A stretch of DNA of 64,000 nucleotides from contig JAFXPU010000002.1 in the NCBI GenBank assembly GCA_017527675.1, forward strand, positions 6,400 through 70,399. The letters are read 5' to 3'. The notes under the pieces are model-generated. The model saw only the letters and a program-made list of their open reading frames with translations. It searched no databases and was not told the DNA's origin. This DNA comes from Bacilli bacterium (lineage in GTDB: Bacteria; Bacillota_I; Bacilli_A; RF39; UBA660). This document shows, piece by piece, positions 1-9,965 of this stretch. The position numbers and the translations under genes were made by a program. The first letter of the stretch is position 1; every line of letters begins with the position of its first letter.

Positions 1-383
1 TGTAATAAACATTTGCACTTGTTGAATATCGTTTGTAGTACGAGTAATTAAAGATGCTACACCAAACTTTTTAATACTTGTATGATCATAATTAATTACT
101 TTGTCATATACCTTTAATCTTAAATCACGAGCTATTTTAGCACCTACACGGCTTGCTAAAAAACCAGTTATAACACTTGTAACAATTCCTAAGAAAGACA
201 CAAGTATCATCTTTCCACCTGTTTTTAAAATATAACTGGTTGAACCATTAATAATACCATTATTAATTATTTTAGACATATAATCAGGTAAAGCTAAATC
301 GGAATAAACTACTTGAATATATATTAAAACAAAAATAATTAATGTAGGAATGTAATATGGTTTTAAAAATTTAATTGTTTTCA
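1..383 (-). CDS. ABC exporter, N-terminal transmembrane domain (5' part only; the gene runs past the window start)
   Basis: Missing from the ORF track because it is truncated at the window edge. Reverse-strand ATG at 381-383 with GGAGGTG 7 nt upstream. Translation MKTIKFLKPYYIPTLIIFVLIYIQ...SLITRTTNDIQQVQMFIT carries the ITRxTNDxxxxQ motif typical of ABC exporter membrane domains. Confidence 0.6.
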
Positions 384-501
384 TTTACACCTCCAAATTA
401 TTTTTTAATTTTATTACCTTTTAATATTATTTATTATTAAAAAATAGTTCTTATATGAACTATTCAATTATATTACTACTTATAATATATGTCAATAAAA
501 C

Positions 502-1137
502 TTAAAATTTAAACTTAAATTTTGATTCAAAAACCATTTCTTTTTTAGTTTTAGGATCAATAATTATTAACTTATTTGCATGTAAGGCTAAACGTTTATA
601 AATATTTGTTTTAGCTCCATACTTTTTATCACCAGAAATAGGATTACCCATCTCTGACATATGAACCCTAATTTGATTTTTTCTTCCCGTTAATATCTCA
701 ATATTAACAAGACTTAAATTATTCTTCGTTTCAACAAGTTCATACTTAGTTATAGCTAGTAATCCATGTTTAGCATCTGTTGAATAAGATTTTAAGGCTT
801 TATTTTCTGTTATATAGCTTTTAATTATATCCTTATCCTTTGTTAATTTACCTTCTAAAACAGCTTGATAATATCTTTTATTATTAGACCAGTTATCTTG
901 TAATTCTTGTTTTATTTTTTGATTTTTAGCAAATAAAACTAAACCAGATGTATCTTTATCTAAACGATGAACTATAAATATACGATTGGACTTATGTTTA
1001 TTTTGTTCATACTCTAAAACATAATGGTATAAAGTACGCTCTCTTTCTTTATCAGTTGCAATAGTTAATAAATGTGGTTCCTTATCCACAACTATTATAT
1101 TTTTATCTTCATATACTATATTTAATTTCTTTTTCAT
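502..1137 (-). CDS. RluA-family 23S/tRNA pseudouridine synthase
   Basis: HRLDKDTSGLVLFAKN catalytic motif (HRLDxxTSG); about 210 aa. Confidence 0.85.
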   Translation of the reverse strand: MKKKLNIVYEDKNIIVVDKEPHLLTIATDKERERTLYHYVLEYEQNKHKSNRIFIVHRLDKDTSGLVLFAKNQKIKQELQDNWSNNKRYYQAVLEGKLTKDKDIIKSYITENKALKSYSTDAKHGLLAITKYELVETKNNLSLVNIEILTGRKNQIRVHMSEMGNPISGDKKYGAKTNIYKRLALHANKLIIIDPKTKKEMVFESKFKFKF

Positions 1138-1163
1138 ATCTCACCTAAATAAAAAAAGGCATA

Positions 1164-1325
1164 TTACATTGTTTTTGCCTTTTCTAATTCTAAGCCATAT
1201 GCCTTAGTATGATTGCTATTAAATTCAATCTTTGGCATTATCTTTGCTTTAACATGTTTATTATTATACTCTAACTTTGGAACAATTCCATAAGCTTTTT
1301 TGTGATTTTCATTATACTCTAACAT
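1164..1325 (-). CDS. Candidate small ORF (about 53 aa) with three internal repeats
   Basis: Not in the ORF track (under 60 aa). GGGAGG RBS 6 nt upstream of the ATG. Translation MLEYNENHKKAYGIVPKLEYNNKHVKAKIMPKIEFNSNHTKAYGLELEKAKTM has a 3x (L/I)E(Y/F)NxNHxKAYG repeat. Its stop codon lies inside a hairpin just upstream of the rluA-family start. Confidence 0.25.
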   Translation of the reverse strand: MLEYNENHKKAYGIVPKLEYNNKHVKAKIMPKIEFNSNHTKAYGLELEKAKTM

Positions 1326-1337
1326 TTTAAAACCTCC

Positions 1338-1589
1338 CTAACCCTTAATTGATAAAAATATAGCATTGATAGCATTTTTTTCTTCAGTAGATAAATCAGT
1401 ATTTAAATTTGAAGATCCATCATCGGTCATTTCATAAGCAGCTGCATAAAAGTGTAAGTTATTATTATCTAAATTTTTATAAATAATATAATTCTTATCA
1501 AATTGTTCTAGATTAAATTGAGCTAGCAACTCCATTTTTTCTAGAATACCCATATTATTTTCTACTTCAAAGTATACTTTGTTATCCAT
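1338..1589 (-). CDS. DUF1292 (YrzB-like) small protein
   Basis: 83 aa. The pattern FDKNYIIY ... YAAAYEMTDDGSS ... EEKNAINAIF resembles B. subtilis YrzB-family proteins (recalled, not searched). Confidence 0.5.
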   Translation of the reverse strand: MDNKVYFEVENNMGILEKMELLAQFNLEQFDKNYIIYKNLDNNNLHFYAAAYEMTDDGSSNLNTDLSTEEKNAINAIFLSIKG

Positions 1590-1653
1590 ATTACCACCAC
1601 TTTTAAGTATTATATAATATTTTTTTTGATATTACAATAACATAGTTAACAAA

Positions 1654-4600
1654 TTATAACTTATTTATCTTATTATCCATAATTGAATACAAATAAATAT
1701 TGGTTTCTTTATTTAATCTTTTTTCAATGTACTTTTTATAACCATTTAACTGTTTTAAATAGGCATCATCATCAATATATTTTAATTTATAATCAATAAT
1801 ATCAACATGATCATCATATACTAGCATAAGGTCAATTATACCATGGTAAATACTACTATTTTCTTCAAACATAAATTCATATTCTTTATAGATATTGGCT
1901 AAATTAATATTTTTAAATAAATCTTGTTTTAACATTAATGATATTTTTCCTTTAATAAATGGTTCAACATTATCATAATTAGGATTTTTTAAATCAAGCA
2001 ATTCTAATACTTCATGAACCTTTAAACCAAATTCCATATTCTTTTTAGTTTCTTCGTCAATTAGACTTACTTCGTGTTTAGAATATGTATTTGTTTCTAA
2101 TATTTCATTATCAACCTTTAATTCATCAACAACTAAATGTTTTTCAGTTGGATTAATATAGTCTTTATAATTACTATTTTTAATGGAATTATAATCCCCA
2201 GTTAGACCTAAATCATCTAAATTAATCTCTGTTATTTTATTTTCAATAACTGGATAAATTGAATTTAAAAAACCATTAAAACATTTTAAGTTTTCTTTTG
2301 CTTCCCCATTTAAGTCTTTAGTTACCATAATCATTTTTTCACGTGCTCTTGTTAAAGCAACATAAAATAAACGAATACGTTCAGAGATTTCTTCATTAAT
2401 ATAATTATCCTTATATAAATCCTTATAAATTGTATTAGTAATACCATCTAAATCAGCCGGAACAACAATACCATAATTAGAATCAAAAACAAAACTATTA
2501 TTTATTTCATCACGATTAGTATTTACACTTAATCCAGCATAGTAACATATTGGATACTCTAATCCTTTAGATGAATGAATAGTCATTAATTTAATAGCAT
2601 TGCTATTATCTTTAATACGACCAATTCTTATATCTTTTTGATCACCTAAAATATCATTTAAAAAACCAATAAAGTCTTTAACATTATAACCAATATTACT
2701 AAACGTTTGACTGTTATTTAAAAAATAATCTATTTTAGCCATACTAATGGATACATTACCCAACTTAATAATATTTTGATAGAAATCAAATTCATCAATT
2801 ATTTTTAAACTTATTTCTTTTATTGAATGATTATCTAATAATTTAGATAAATCTAAACATTTTTGATAAACAATATTGTTACTAAAATCATCATTTAAAA
2901 ATAACTTAAATATTTCTTTATCTGTCATTTCTACTAATGGACTTCTTAATATAGAAGTCATTAAATACTTAAACTCTTGATCATATTCATTTTCTTTTAT
3001 TTTAATTAATAAATGAAGTATATTTTTTAAAAGCATAAATGAAGTATCATCACTTATTTTTTCATCAGCCCATATTTCTAATGGTAATTTAAAATATTCA
3101 AATACTTTTTTATACATTTCAAATGATGTTGAACGGTCAATTAAGATAGCAAAATCTTTATAAGTTGCTTCTCTAAATTGTTTTTGCTCTTTATCATAGA
3201 TAATAGTTTTATTATCTATTTTCTTTTTAATATTAGAAGCTATAATAAATACTTCTATAACATTATCTTTATATTTAATTTCAGAATCATTATGATAATT
3301 CAATATTTCAAGTCCATTATTATTATCTGTATAAGTATCATAATCATCTTTATGATTACCATAACTCATTTGTTGTTCTAAGTAATTAACTCCACCTAAT
3401 TTATCAGTCATTAAACTATTAAAAATCGTATTAATATCTTTAACTATTTCAGCACGTGATCTAAAATTAGACGTTAAATCAATTTTAATACCATCTAAAC
3501 CATCTTTATATTTATCATATTTATCTTTAAATATTTTGGGATTAGCATTACGGAATCGATAAATAGACTGTTTAATATCACCAACCATATAAACATTATT
3601 ATTAGCAATTAAAGAAATAAACTTTTCTTGCAGGTCAGAAGTATCTTGATACTCATCAATCATTATTTCTTTAAATTGATTTTTAATTTCTTTTTTTACA
3701 TCATCATGATCATCAACTACTTTAATAGCTAATTTAGCTATATCATTAAATTCAAATAAATTATTATCATATTTATATTTAGTTATTTCTCTATTTAATT
3801 CTTTTTCAGCATCTACAATAAATGAAACAAAGTTATAAGTACTTAATATACATTTTTTCATCTCTTCTTTGCTTTCAAAATGAAGATAATCATTTATAGA
3901 AGTACGCATAGTACTAATATTATCTTTATAGATTTTTTCACTTTCTAAATTTCTTAATGTAGGAAATTTTCCTAAATCTATATTTACTAATTCATCATAT
4001 GTTTTAGCCTTAAATAAAGGTTCTAAATAATTAGTTAATATTTCACTATTTTTAGCACTAGCAATAGATGTAAATTTATCTAAATTCTCTTTAATATCAT
4101 CTATGATACTAAATATTTTATCCTCATATAATTTAATATCATTATCTATTTTTTGATAGTTAAAATGTTTATCTAAATATTCATCTAAATACTTTTCTTT
4201 ATCAATTAATAAATTTAATTTATTATCTAAAGTAATAATAAATTCTTTAATATTAGTATCATCTTTATCACAATAAGAAGTAATTATTTTAAGTAATTCG
4301 GAATTTTTATTAGAATATTTTTTATTAAAAATATTATCTAAAATAACATTCTTTTGATAATCTAATAAGTTAGCATCTATAATACTAAAATCTTTAGGAA
4401 TATTTAAAAGGTAATTATATTTTTTAACAATAGCTGAGGCAAAACTATCAAATGTACCAATATAAGCTGAATCTAAGATGTTTAATTGTTCTTTTAATTC
4501 TGGTATTTCTTTAATAGCTTTTCTAATTCTTTCTTTCATCTCTAAAGCCGCAGCATTAGTAAATGTTAAAATTAAAAGTTCATCAATTCTAACTCCATCC

Positions 4601-4722
4601 ATTAATTTACGGATAACTCTTTTCGATAAAACTGATGTTTTACCAGAACCAGCTCCAGCTGAAACAATAATATTATTATTATCTTTATTTACAGCATCAA
4701 ACTGCTCTTTGGTTAATTCCAT
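1654..4722 (-). CDS. addA: ATP-dependent helicase/nuclease subunit A (AddA, UvrD-like)
   Basis: 1022 aa. N-terminal Walker A SAGAGSGKTSVL followed by LTFTNAAALEM (UvrD/Rep motif Ia). Lies directly downstream of the AddB-like gene, the typical addB-addA order. Confidence 0.9.
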   Translation of the reverse strand: MELTKEQFDAVNKDNNNIIVSAGAGSGKTSVLSKRVIRKLMDGVRIDELLILTFTNAAALEMKERIRKAIKEIPELKEQLNILDSAYIGTFDSFASAIVKKYNYLLNIPKDFSIIDANLLDYQKNVILDNIFNKKYSNKNSELLKIITSYCDKDDTNIKEFIITLDNKLNLLIDKEKYLDEYLDKHFNYQKIDNDIKLYEDKIFSIIDDIKENLDKFTSIASAKNSEILTNYLEPLFKAKTYDELVNIDLGKFPTLRNLESEKIYKDNISTMRTSINDYLHFESKEEMKKCILSTYNFVSFIVDAEKELNREITKYKYDNNLFEFNDIAKLAIKVVDDHDDVKKEIKNQFKEIMIDEYQDTSDLQEKFISLIANNNVYMVGDIKQSIYRFRNANPKIFKDKYDKYKDGLDGIKIDLTSNFRSRAEIVKDINTIFNSLMTDKLGGVNYLEQQMSYGNHKDDYDTYTDNNNGLEILNYHNDSEIKYKDNVIEVFIIASNIKKKIDNKTIIYDKEQKQFREATYKDFAILIDRSTSFEMYKKVFEYFKLPLEIWADEKISDDTSFMLLKNILHLLIKIKENEYDQEFKYLMTSILRSPLVEMTDKEIFKLFLNDDFSNNIVYQKCLDLSKLLDNHSIKEISLKIIDEFDFYQNIIKLGNVSISMAKIDYFLNNSQTFSNIGYNVKDFIGFLNDILGDQKDIRIGRIKDNSNAIKLMTIHSSKGLEYPICYYAGLSVNTNRDEINNSFVFDSNYGIVVPADLDGITNTIYKDLYKDNYINEEISERIRLFYVALTRAREKMIMVTKDLNGEAKENLKCFNGFLNSIYPVIENKITEINLDDLGLTGDYNSIKNSNYKDYINPTEKHLVVDELKVDNEILETNTYSKHEVSLIDEETKKNMEFGLKVHEVLELLDLKNPNYDNVEPFIKGKISLMLKQDLFKNINLANIYKEYEFMFEENSSIYHGIIDLMLVYDDHVDIIDYKLKYIDDDAYLKQLNGYKKYIEKRLNKETNIYLYSIMDNKINKL

Positions 4723-7083
4723 TTACTCACCTTCTTTTAAAAATTCCTTGTAGTCTTTTTTAGTTAAATATTCAAGATTATCATTCTTTTTAAAACAAAT
4801 ATCTTGATACTTACAATATTTACAACTAACATTTTCATTATCTATTTGTTTAGGATTAATAGCAAAATTAGTATTAGTAATATTAGTAATAGCTTCATTT
4901 ATTTTTCTATCAGTTAATTTAATTAAATTATTTATTTCTAAATCACTTAATACTTTTGATTTAGCATTGATAGTACCATCTGCTTTTATACTAAATCCCT
5001 TAATTACTTTAGTATCCGTATAATTATTATCGAATAAAGATACATATTCTAAATTAGAATTAGTATAACCATCTAATTTTAATTCATTTTCCTTTAAAGC
5101 AATTAAATCTTTTTTACTATCTTTATTAGGTTTTTTATGTAGTATTTTTTGTAAATAAAAACCAATTACTTTAACATTTTTAATTTCTTTAATATTATTA
5201 GCTAAATAAACATATATAGGTAATTGCATACTTAAACCATAATAAGTATTGTTTAAATTAACATCGGGATTACCAGTTTTATAATCTATGATAACTACAT
5301 AGTTATAACCATCTATTTCTTTATATAATAGTTTATCTATCTTACCCGTAAAAGTAATTTTGATATTATTATCTTTATTAACAAAAACATTTTGTTCATA
5401 TAAACTCTTATCCAAAGATGAATATCTATTTTGTTTATTAATAGTATTAATAATAAATTTCAAATCTTCTTTTAATTTAATTAAAAAGAATTGTTCTTTA
5501 TTATTTATTTCATAGTTTTCTATTGTCTTTTTAAAACAACTATCAAAGTCAAAATTATCTTTAAAAGCTTGTTCTAAAACTTCATGAAAAATATTACCAA
5601 TAGTAGTTACAAATTTATCTTCATTTTTATTGATCTTTAAAATATTATTTAAATAAAATCTAAAACCACACTTATAATAATTATCTAAAGATGAATATGA
5701 TAAGTATAATTCATTATCAATAAATCTATTAAAGTCTTCCTTTATAACACCTTTAAAACTATTATCATATGCGGCATATGGTAGATCTTTATAGGTATTA
5801 AATAAAATATTTAAATCATCATTTATATTTTGATATTTTACTAATTCATCAAGCATTAAAGATAATTTTATTCTATTCATCTTATGAGAATAAATATTTT
5901 CTATTTTATGATTTTTAACTGTTTCATAATCTAAATCATCTATTAAACAACTAACTTCAAAATCACCAGTAGATGATTTTAATTTGTATGTTATCTCTAA
6001 ATTCTTAATACTATTTAATTTATTAATTAGTATTTCTTTATTAATTTTATTTAATTCATCTTTGGTTTCTAAACCTAATATTATTTTATCCTTATCAGAT
6101 AAGTAATCTTCATCTTTAACAATAATAGGTGCATAACCTTGATTAAAATTCATATAAAATACATAATCATTATCTGAAATAATATTATTATTTAGATCAA
6201 TTATTTCGATTTCCTTTTTGTATTTAATTGTTTTATTTTTGATATTTTTAAATTCTATTATTAATAATTCCTTAATTGAACTATAGTCTTTAACAAAATA
6301 ATATTTATTTAAAACACCTATTAATTTATCATAGATATATTGATCTACTTCATCATTTATAGTTATTGAGTTAAGATCAAAATTCTTTAAAAAATTTCGA
6401 ATAATGCTTGTTGTATAAATAGAATCATTCACAATATTAGCAAGAGGTATATTATACATTTTAAAGATTCTTGTCATTGCTAAATTATATTCTTCATTGA
6501 TATTTGCAATTTTAATATGATTAATATCTATACCACTTTTAATTAATTTAACTATTCTAGATGCTACATATTCAATTTCCTCATTTATATTTTTAAATTC
6601 ATAGATAGTATGTTTGTAATTATTACTTTCTAATTTAATAAACTTATAATTGTAATCAGATAATATTTTCTTTTCATAGTTATTTAGATAATCATATCCA
6701 TAGATAATTATTTCTTTATTTTTTAAATAGCTTTTAAATAATTCATTATAAATTAATAGATTATTCTCATCTAATTCATTTTTCATTTCAACTAAAAAAT
6801 CTAATTTAGAATTATTATAGTTTTTATTATCTATATATTTTAGATTATTTAAATACATTAAAGCTATATCATATTTAAATTTACTCATTAGATAACAAAT
6901 AGTTTTCTCATCATAGTTAAATGTTATAGTATTTAATAATTCTTCTTTAGACATTATTTTAATATTATAAATTTTATCTAGATTATTTATTTCTTCTAAT
7001 ACTGTCTTTTTTATATTATTAGGAATTACTAAAATACTATTATCATGCAAAATATTATCTAGTAACATACTATCACCTATCAA
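4723..7083 (-). CDS. addB: AddB/RexB-like nuclease subunit (short form)
   Basis: 786 aa. C-terminal RecB-like nuclease region (IIDYKTG) and the Cys pattern C...CKYCKYQDIC expected for the AddB Fe-S cluster. No N-terminal Walker A. Start codon abuts the addA start (4722/4723). Confidence 0.7.
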   Translation of the reverse strand: MIGDSMLLDNILHDNSILVIPNNIKKTVLEEINNLDKIYNIKIMSKEELLNTITFNYDEKTICYLMSKFKYDIALMYLNNLKYIDNKNYNNSKLDFLVEMKNELDENNLLIYNELFKSYLKNKEIIIYGYDYLNNYEKKILSDYNYKFIKLESNNYKHTIYEFKNINEEIEYVASRIVKLIKSGIDINHIKIANINEEYNLAMTRIFKMYNIPLANIVNDSIYTTSIIRNFLKNFDLNSITINDEVDQYIYDKLIGVLNKYYFVKDYSSIKELLIIEFKNIKNKTIKYKKEIEIIDLNNNIISDNDYVFYMNFNQGYAPIIVKDEDYLSDKDKIILGLETKDELNKINKEILINKLNSIKNLEITYKLKSSTGDFEVSCLIDDLDYETVKNHKIENIYSHKMNRIKLSLMLDELVKYQNINDDLNILFNTYKDLPYAAYDNSFKGVIKEDFNRFIDNELYLSYSSLDNYYKCGFRFYLNNILKINKNEDKFVTTIGNIFHEVLEQAFKDNFDFDSCFKKTIENYEINNKEQFFLIKLKEDLKFIINTINKQNRYSSLDKSLYEQNVFVNKDNNIKITFTGKIDKLLYKEIDGYNYVVIIDYKTGNPDVNLNNTYYGLSMQLPIYVYLANNIKEIKNVKVIGFYLQKILHKKPNKDSKKDLIALKENELKLDGYTNSNLEYVSLFDNNYTDTKVIKGFSIKADGTINAKSKVLSDLEINNLIKLTDRKINEAITNITNTNFAINPKQIDNENVSCKYCKYQDICFKKNDNLEYLTKKDYKEFLKEGE

Positions 7084-7115
7084 AATTATACCATAAAAAA
7101 AGCAATAATTTCTTA

Positions 7116-8330
7116 TTACTTTGTTAATACTTTGTCTTTTTCTTTTAAGTTATGATTGTACTTTATAATATTACCTTTATCATCAACATCCAAAAAGAAA
7201 ATATTATCAGTTTGATTTAAAAATTGAGAAATATTAGCTATGTAATGTTTATCTCCACCTTTAGCATATTTAGTATAATTAACAAATGACATATCATTTT
7301 GATTAGTAAATAATTCATCTTTTGTTTTATTCTCACCAGCACAAGTTGCATTTAAAATAACATCCATATTACCATCACCCATATTGTAATTTTGCGCTCC
7401 TAACATAATATTATTATTGTTACGTTCAATAGAATATCGTAGTATCATACAACCAGCGCGAATATTACCTTTTGGTGTATTTAAATCATTTAAAACTACT
7501 TTTTTATATTCATTATCTATAAAATCATAGCATTCAAATGAATGATTAATCCAACTTGAATAAGATATTTGCATTAAATTCTCTCTTTTACCTTTGCTTT
7601 CTTGAATAAGAATCGCCATAACTAAATTAGGGTCAAGTCCCCATCTAGTAGCCTCTTCATAAACAAGATCAAAATAGTTATCGTATGCATACTTTGTTTC
7701 ATCAGTATAAGATGTAAAATTTTTATAATCTCTTCTTTTTTCCTCTTCTAAGCGAGCTTGTTTTTCAGCCTCCACAACTTCTAAATATTTTCTCGTTTTA
7801 TCAATTACTATATCAGTATTATTTCTTGCATTAATTATAGCATCTAAATTAATTGATTCCATACTATTATTAATTTCTCTATCTATTCTAGAAACATTTT
7901 GAAAAAATACAGTTGATGATAAAATTGCTATACCTGAAAATAAGGCAAGATTACCACTCTTTAAAGCCATTTTTTTCTTGTAATGTCCTGTATAAAAAGT
8001 CATGTTATCAACTCTTATACCATCTTGATATGAATCTTTAAGCAAATTATATCTAAAAGAATTATTTATAGTTGCCATTACTTTAGGTAAAAAATCAAAA
8101 TATCTTTTATGATAAAATGTATCAACATCATTAATAATAATCATATTATGATTACTTATTAAATTCATTGAATTATCTTTTAAAATAATCTTTTTTATAT
8201 TAAAGCTATTAGCCAAATCCAGAGCTTTAATAGCTTTATCTTTTTTTAATCTATGTTCTTGAAACATATACTCATTAATACAACATAGTGATCCACCTTG
8301 ATCAAAGAAAAAATAAAAATATTGTTTCAT
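7116..8330 (-). CDS. Lytic transglycosylase (SLT) domain protein
   Basis: MAILIQESKGKRE matches the SLT catalytic E-S motif. Start moved to MKQYF (AGAGGTG RBS); the ORF-track start at 8375 has no RBS. Confidence 0.6.
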   Translation of the reverse strand: MKQYFYFFFDQGGSLCCINEYMFQEHRLKKDKAIKALDLANSFNIKKIILKDNSMNLISNHNMIIINDVDTFYHKRYFDFLPKVMATINNSFRYNLLKDSYQDGIRVDNMTFYTGHYKKKMALKSGNLALFSGIAILSSTVFFQNVSRIDREINNSMESINLDAIINARNNTDIVIDKTRKYLEVVEAEKQARLEEEKRRDYKNFTSYTDETKYAYDNYFDLVYEEATRWGLDPNLVMAILIQESKGKRENLMQISYSSWINHSFECYDFIDNEYKKVVLNDLNTPKGNIRAGCMILRYSIERNNNNIMLGAQNYNMGDGNMDVILNATCAGENKTKDELFTNQNDMSFVNYTKYAKGGDKHYIANISQFLNQTDNIFFLDVDDKGNIIKYNHNLKEKDKVLTK

Positions 8331-8402
8331 TTTCTCACCTCTTATCTGTAAGCACCCTGTCCATTTTACAAACAAAAAGAACTTTTGTCAATAAAAAAAG
8401 TA

Positions 8403-9965
8403 TCATTTAGATACTTTACTTGTAATTTTTTCATATACCTTAATTCCATCGACAGCAGCTGAAGTAATACCACCAGCATAACCAGCACCTTCACCAGCAG
8501 GATATATACCTTTTATATTACTTTCTAAATTATCATCACGAATTATTTTTATTGGCGATGATGTACGGGCTTCAACACCTGCTAATATAGTATCCGGATT
8601 ATTAAATCCTTTTATTTTAGTCCCAAAGTATTCAATACCTGATTTAATGGTATTATTAATATCATTTGAAAATATTTCATTTAAATTAGCAAAATGATAA
8701 TTACCTTTAAAAACTGGTTTAATAGTACCAAAAGATGTACTTATCTTATTATCTTTATAATCAATGTATTTAGATATTGGTATTAAACCATTACCAATTT
8801 GATAGGCTTTTTGTTCTAACTTTTCTTGAAACTTAACTCCGTCAAATAAGTTAGTACCATAATCTTTTTCATTTACTGTTACCACAAGAGCACTATTAGC
8901 TATGCCGGATTCACGTGCATAATTACTCATACCATTAATAACTAATTTATTTGCAAATGAGGAAGCATTAACAACATAGCCACCAGGACACATACAAAAA
9001 GAATAAATACCATGTCCATTTAAATTATGAATTAATTTATAACTTGCGGGTTTCATATATTTAGCATATTTACCATATTGATTTTCATTAATCATTTTTT
9101 GATCATGCATAATACGAAGTCCGACAGCAAATGGTTTATTTTCCATCATTATATTATGTTCATGTAACATATGGAAAGTATCACGAGCACTATGACCAAT
9201 AGCTAGGATTAAACAATTGGTTTTATAATGATCTTTATTATTGATTTCAATTTCTTCTATTTGATTATTATTAGTAAGTATATTAGTTAAACAAGAATTA
9301 AAATTAAATGTTCCACCTAAACTAATGATATATTCACGCATACTTTTTACTACTTCTCTTAATTTATCTGTACCAATATGAGGCATATAATCATAAGCTA
9401 TTTCTTCTGGAGCCCCATGTTTAATAAAAATATCCAATACTTTTTTAATACGATTTTTTTTATCCTTTATTTGAGTATTTAATTTACCATCTGAAAAAGT
9501 TCCAGCTCCACCTTCACCAAATTGAACATTAGAATTTAGATTTAATTTATTATTTTGCCAGAATTCATTAACATCCTTAACACGAGTATCAATATCTGCT
9601 CCTCTTTCAAAGACAACTGGTTTCAAACCTGCTTCTGCTAACATATAAGCAGCAAATAATCCACATGGACCACTACCTATAATAATTGGTTTAATATCTT
9701 TTTTAATAGGTTTAAAATTATATTCATTATTTTCTACATAACAAACATCATTACTTAGTTTTATATCTTTTTCATCTTTTAATTTAAAATCAATTTCATA
9801 AACATATAAAACATCTTCTTTATCACGAGCATCAATACTTCTCTTATTTATTTTATAACTTAATACATTATCACTTAAAATATGGGCTTTTTTCTTTGCT
9901 AAATCTACAACTAAATCTATATTATCTTTTAAAACATTTACTTTTATTTGTCTTACTCTAATCAT
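8403..9965 (-). CDS. FAD-dependent dehydrogenase (COG2509-like)
   Basis: Dinucleotide-binding motif IIIGSGPCGLFAAYMLAEAG; 520 aa, typical of NAD(FAD)-utilising dehydrogenases. Confidence 0.7.
   Translation of the reverse strand: MIRVRQIKVNVLKDNIDLVVDLAKKKAHILSDNVLSYKINKRSIDARDKEDVLYVYEIDFKLKDEKDIKLSNDVCYVENNEYNFKPIKKDIKPIIIGSGPCGLFAAYMLAEAGLKPVVFERGADIDTRVKDVNEFWQNNKLNLNSNVQFGEGGAGTFSDGKLNTQIKDKKNRIKKVLDIFIKHGAPEEIAYDYMPHIGTDKLREVVKSMREYIISLGGTFNFNSCLTNILTNNNQIEEIEINNKDHYKTNCLILAIGHSARDTFHMLHEHNIMMENKPFAVGLRIMHDQKMINENQYGKYAKYMKPASYKLIHNLNGHGIYSFCMCPGGYVVNASSFANKLVINGMSNYARESGIANSALVVTVNEKDYGTNLFDGVKFQEKLEQKAYQIGNGLIPISKYIDYKDNKISTSFGTIKPVFKGNYHFANLNEIFSNDINNTIKSGIEYFGTKIKGFNNPDTILAGVEARTSSPIKIIRDDNLESNIKGIYPAGEGAGYAGGITSAAVDGIKVYEKITSKVSK

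Noticed and set aside
3178-4753. Plus-strand ORFs 3178..3381 and 4478..4753 inside or antisense to addA
   Set aside because: They overlap a strongly supported helicase gene. Their translations are AT-rich low-complexity sequence (Ile/Phe/Asn-rich).
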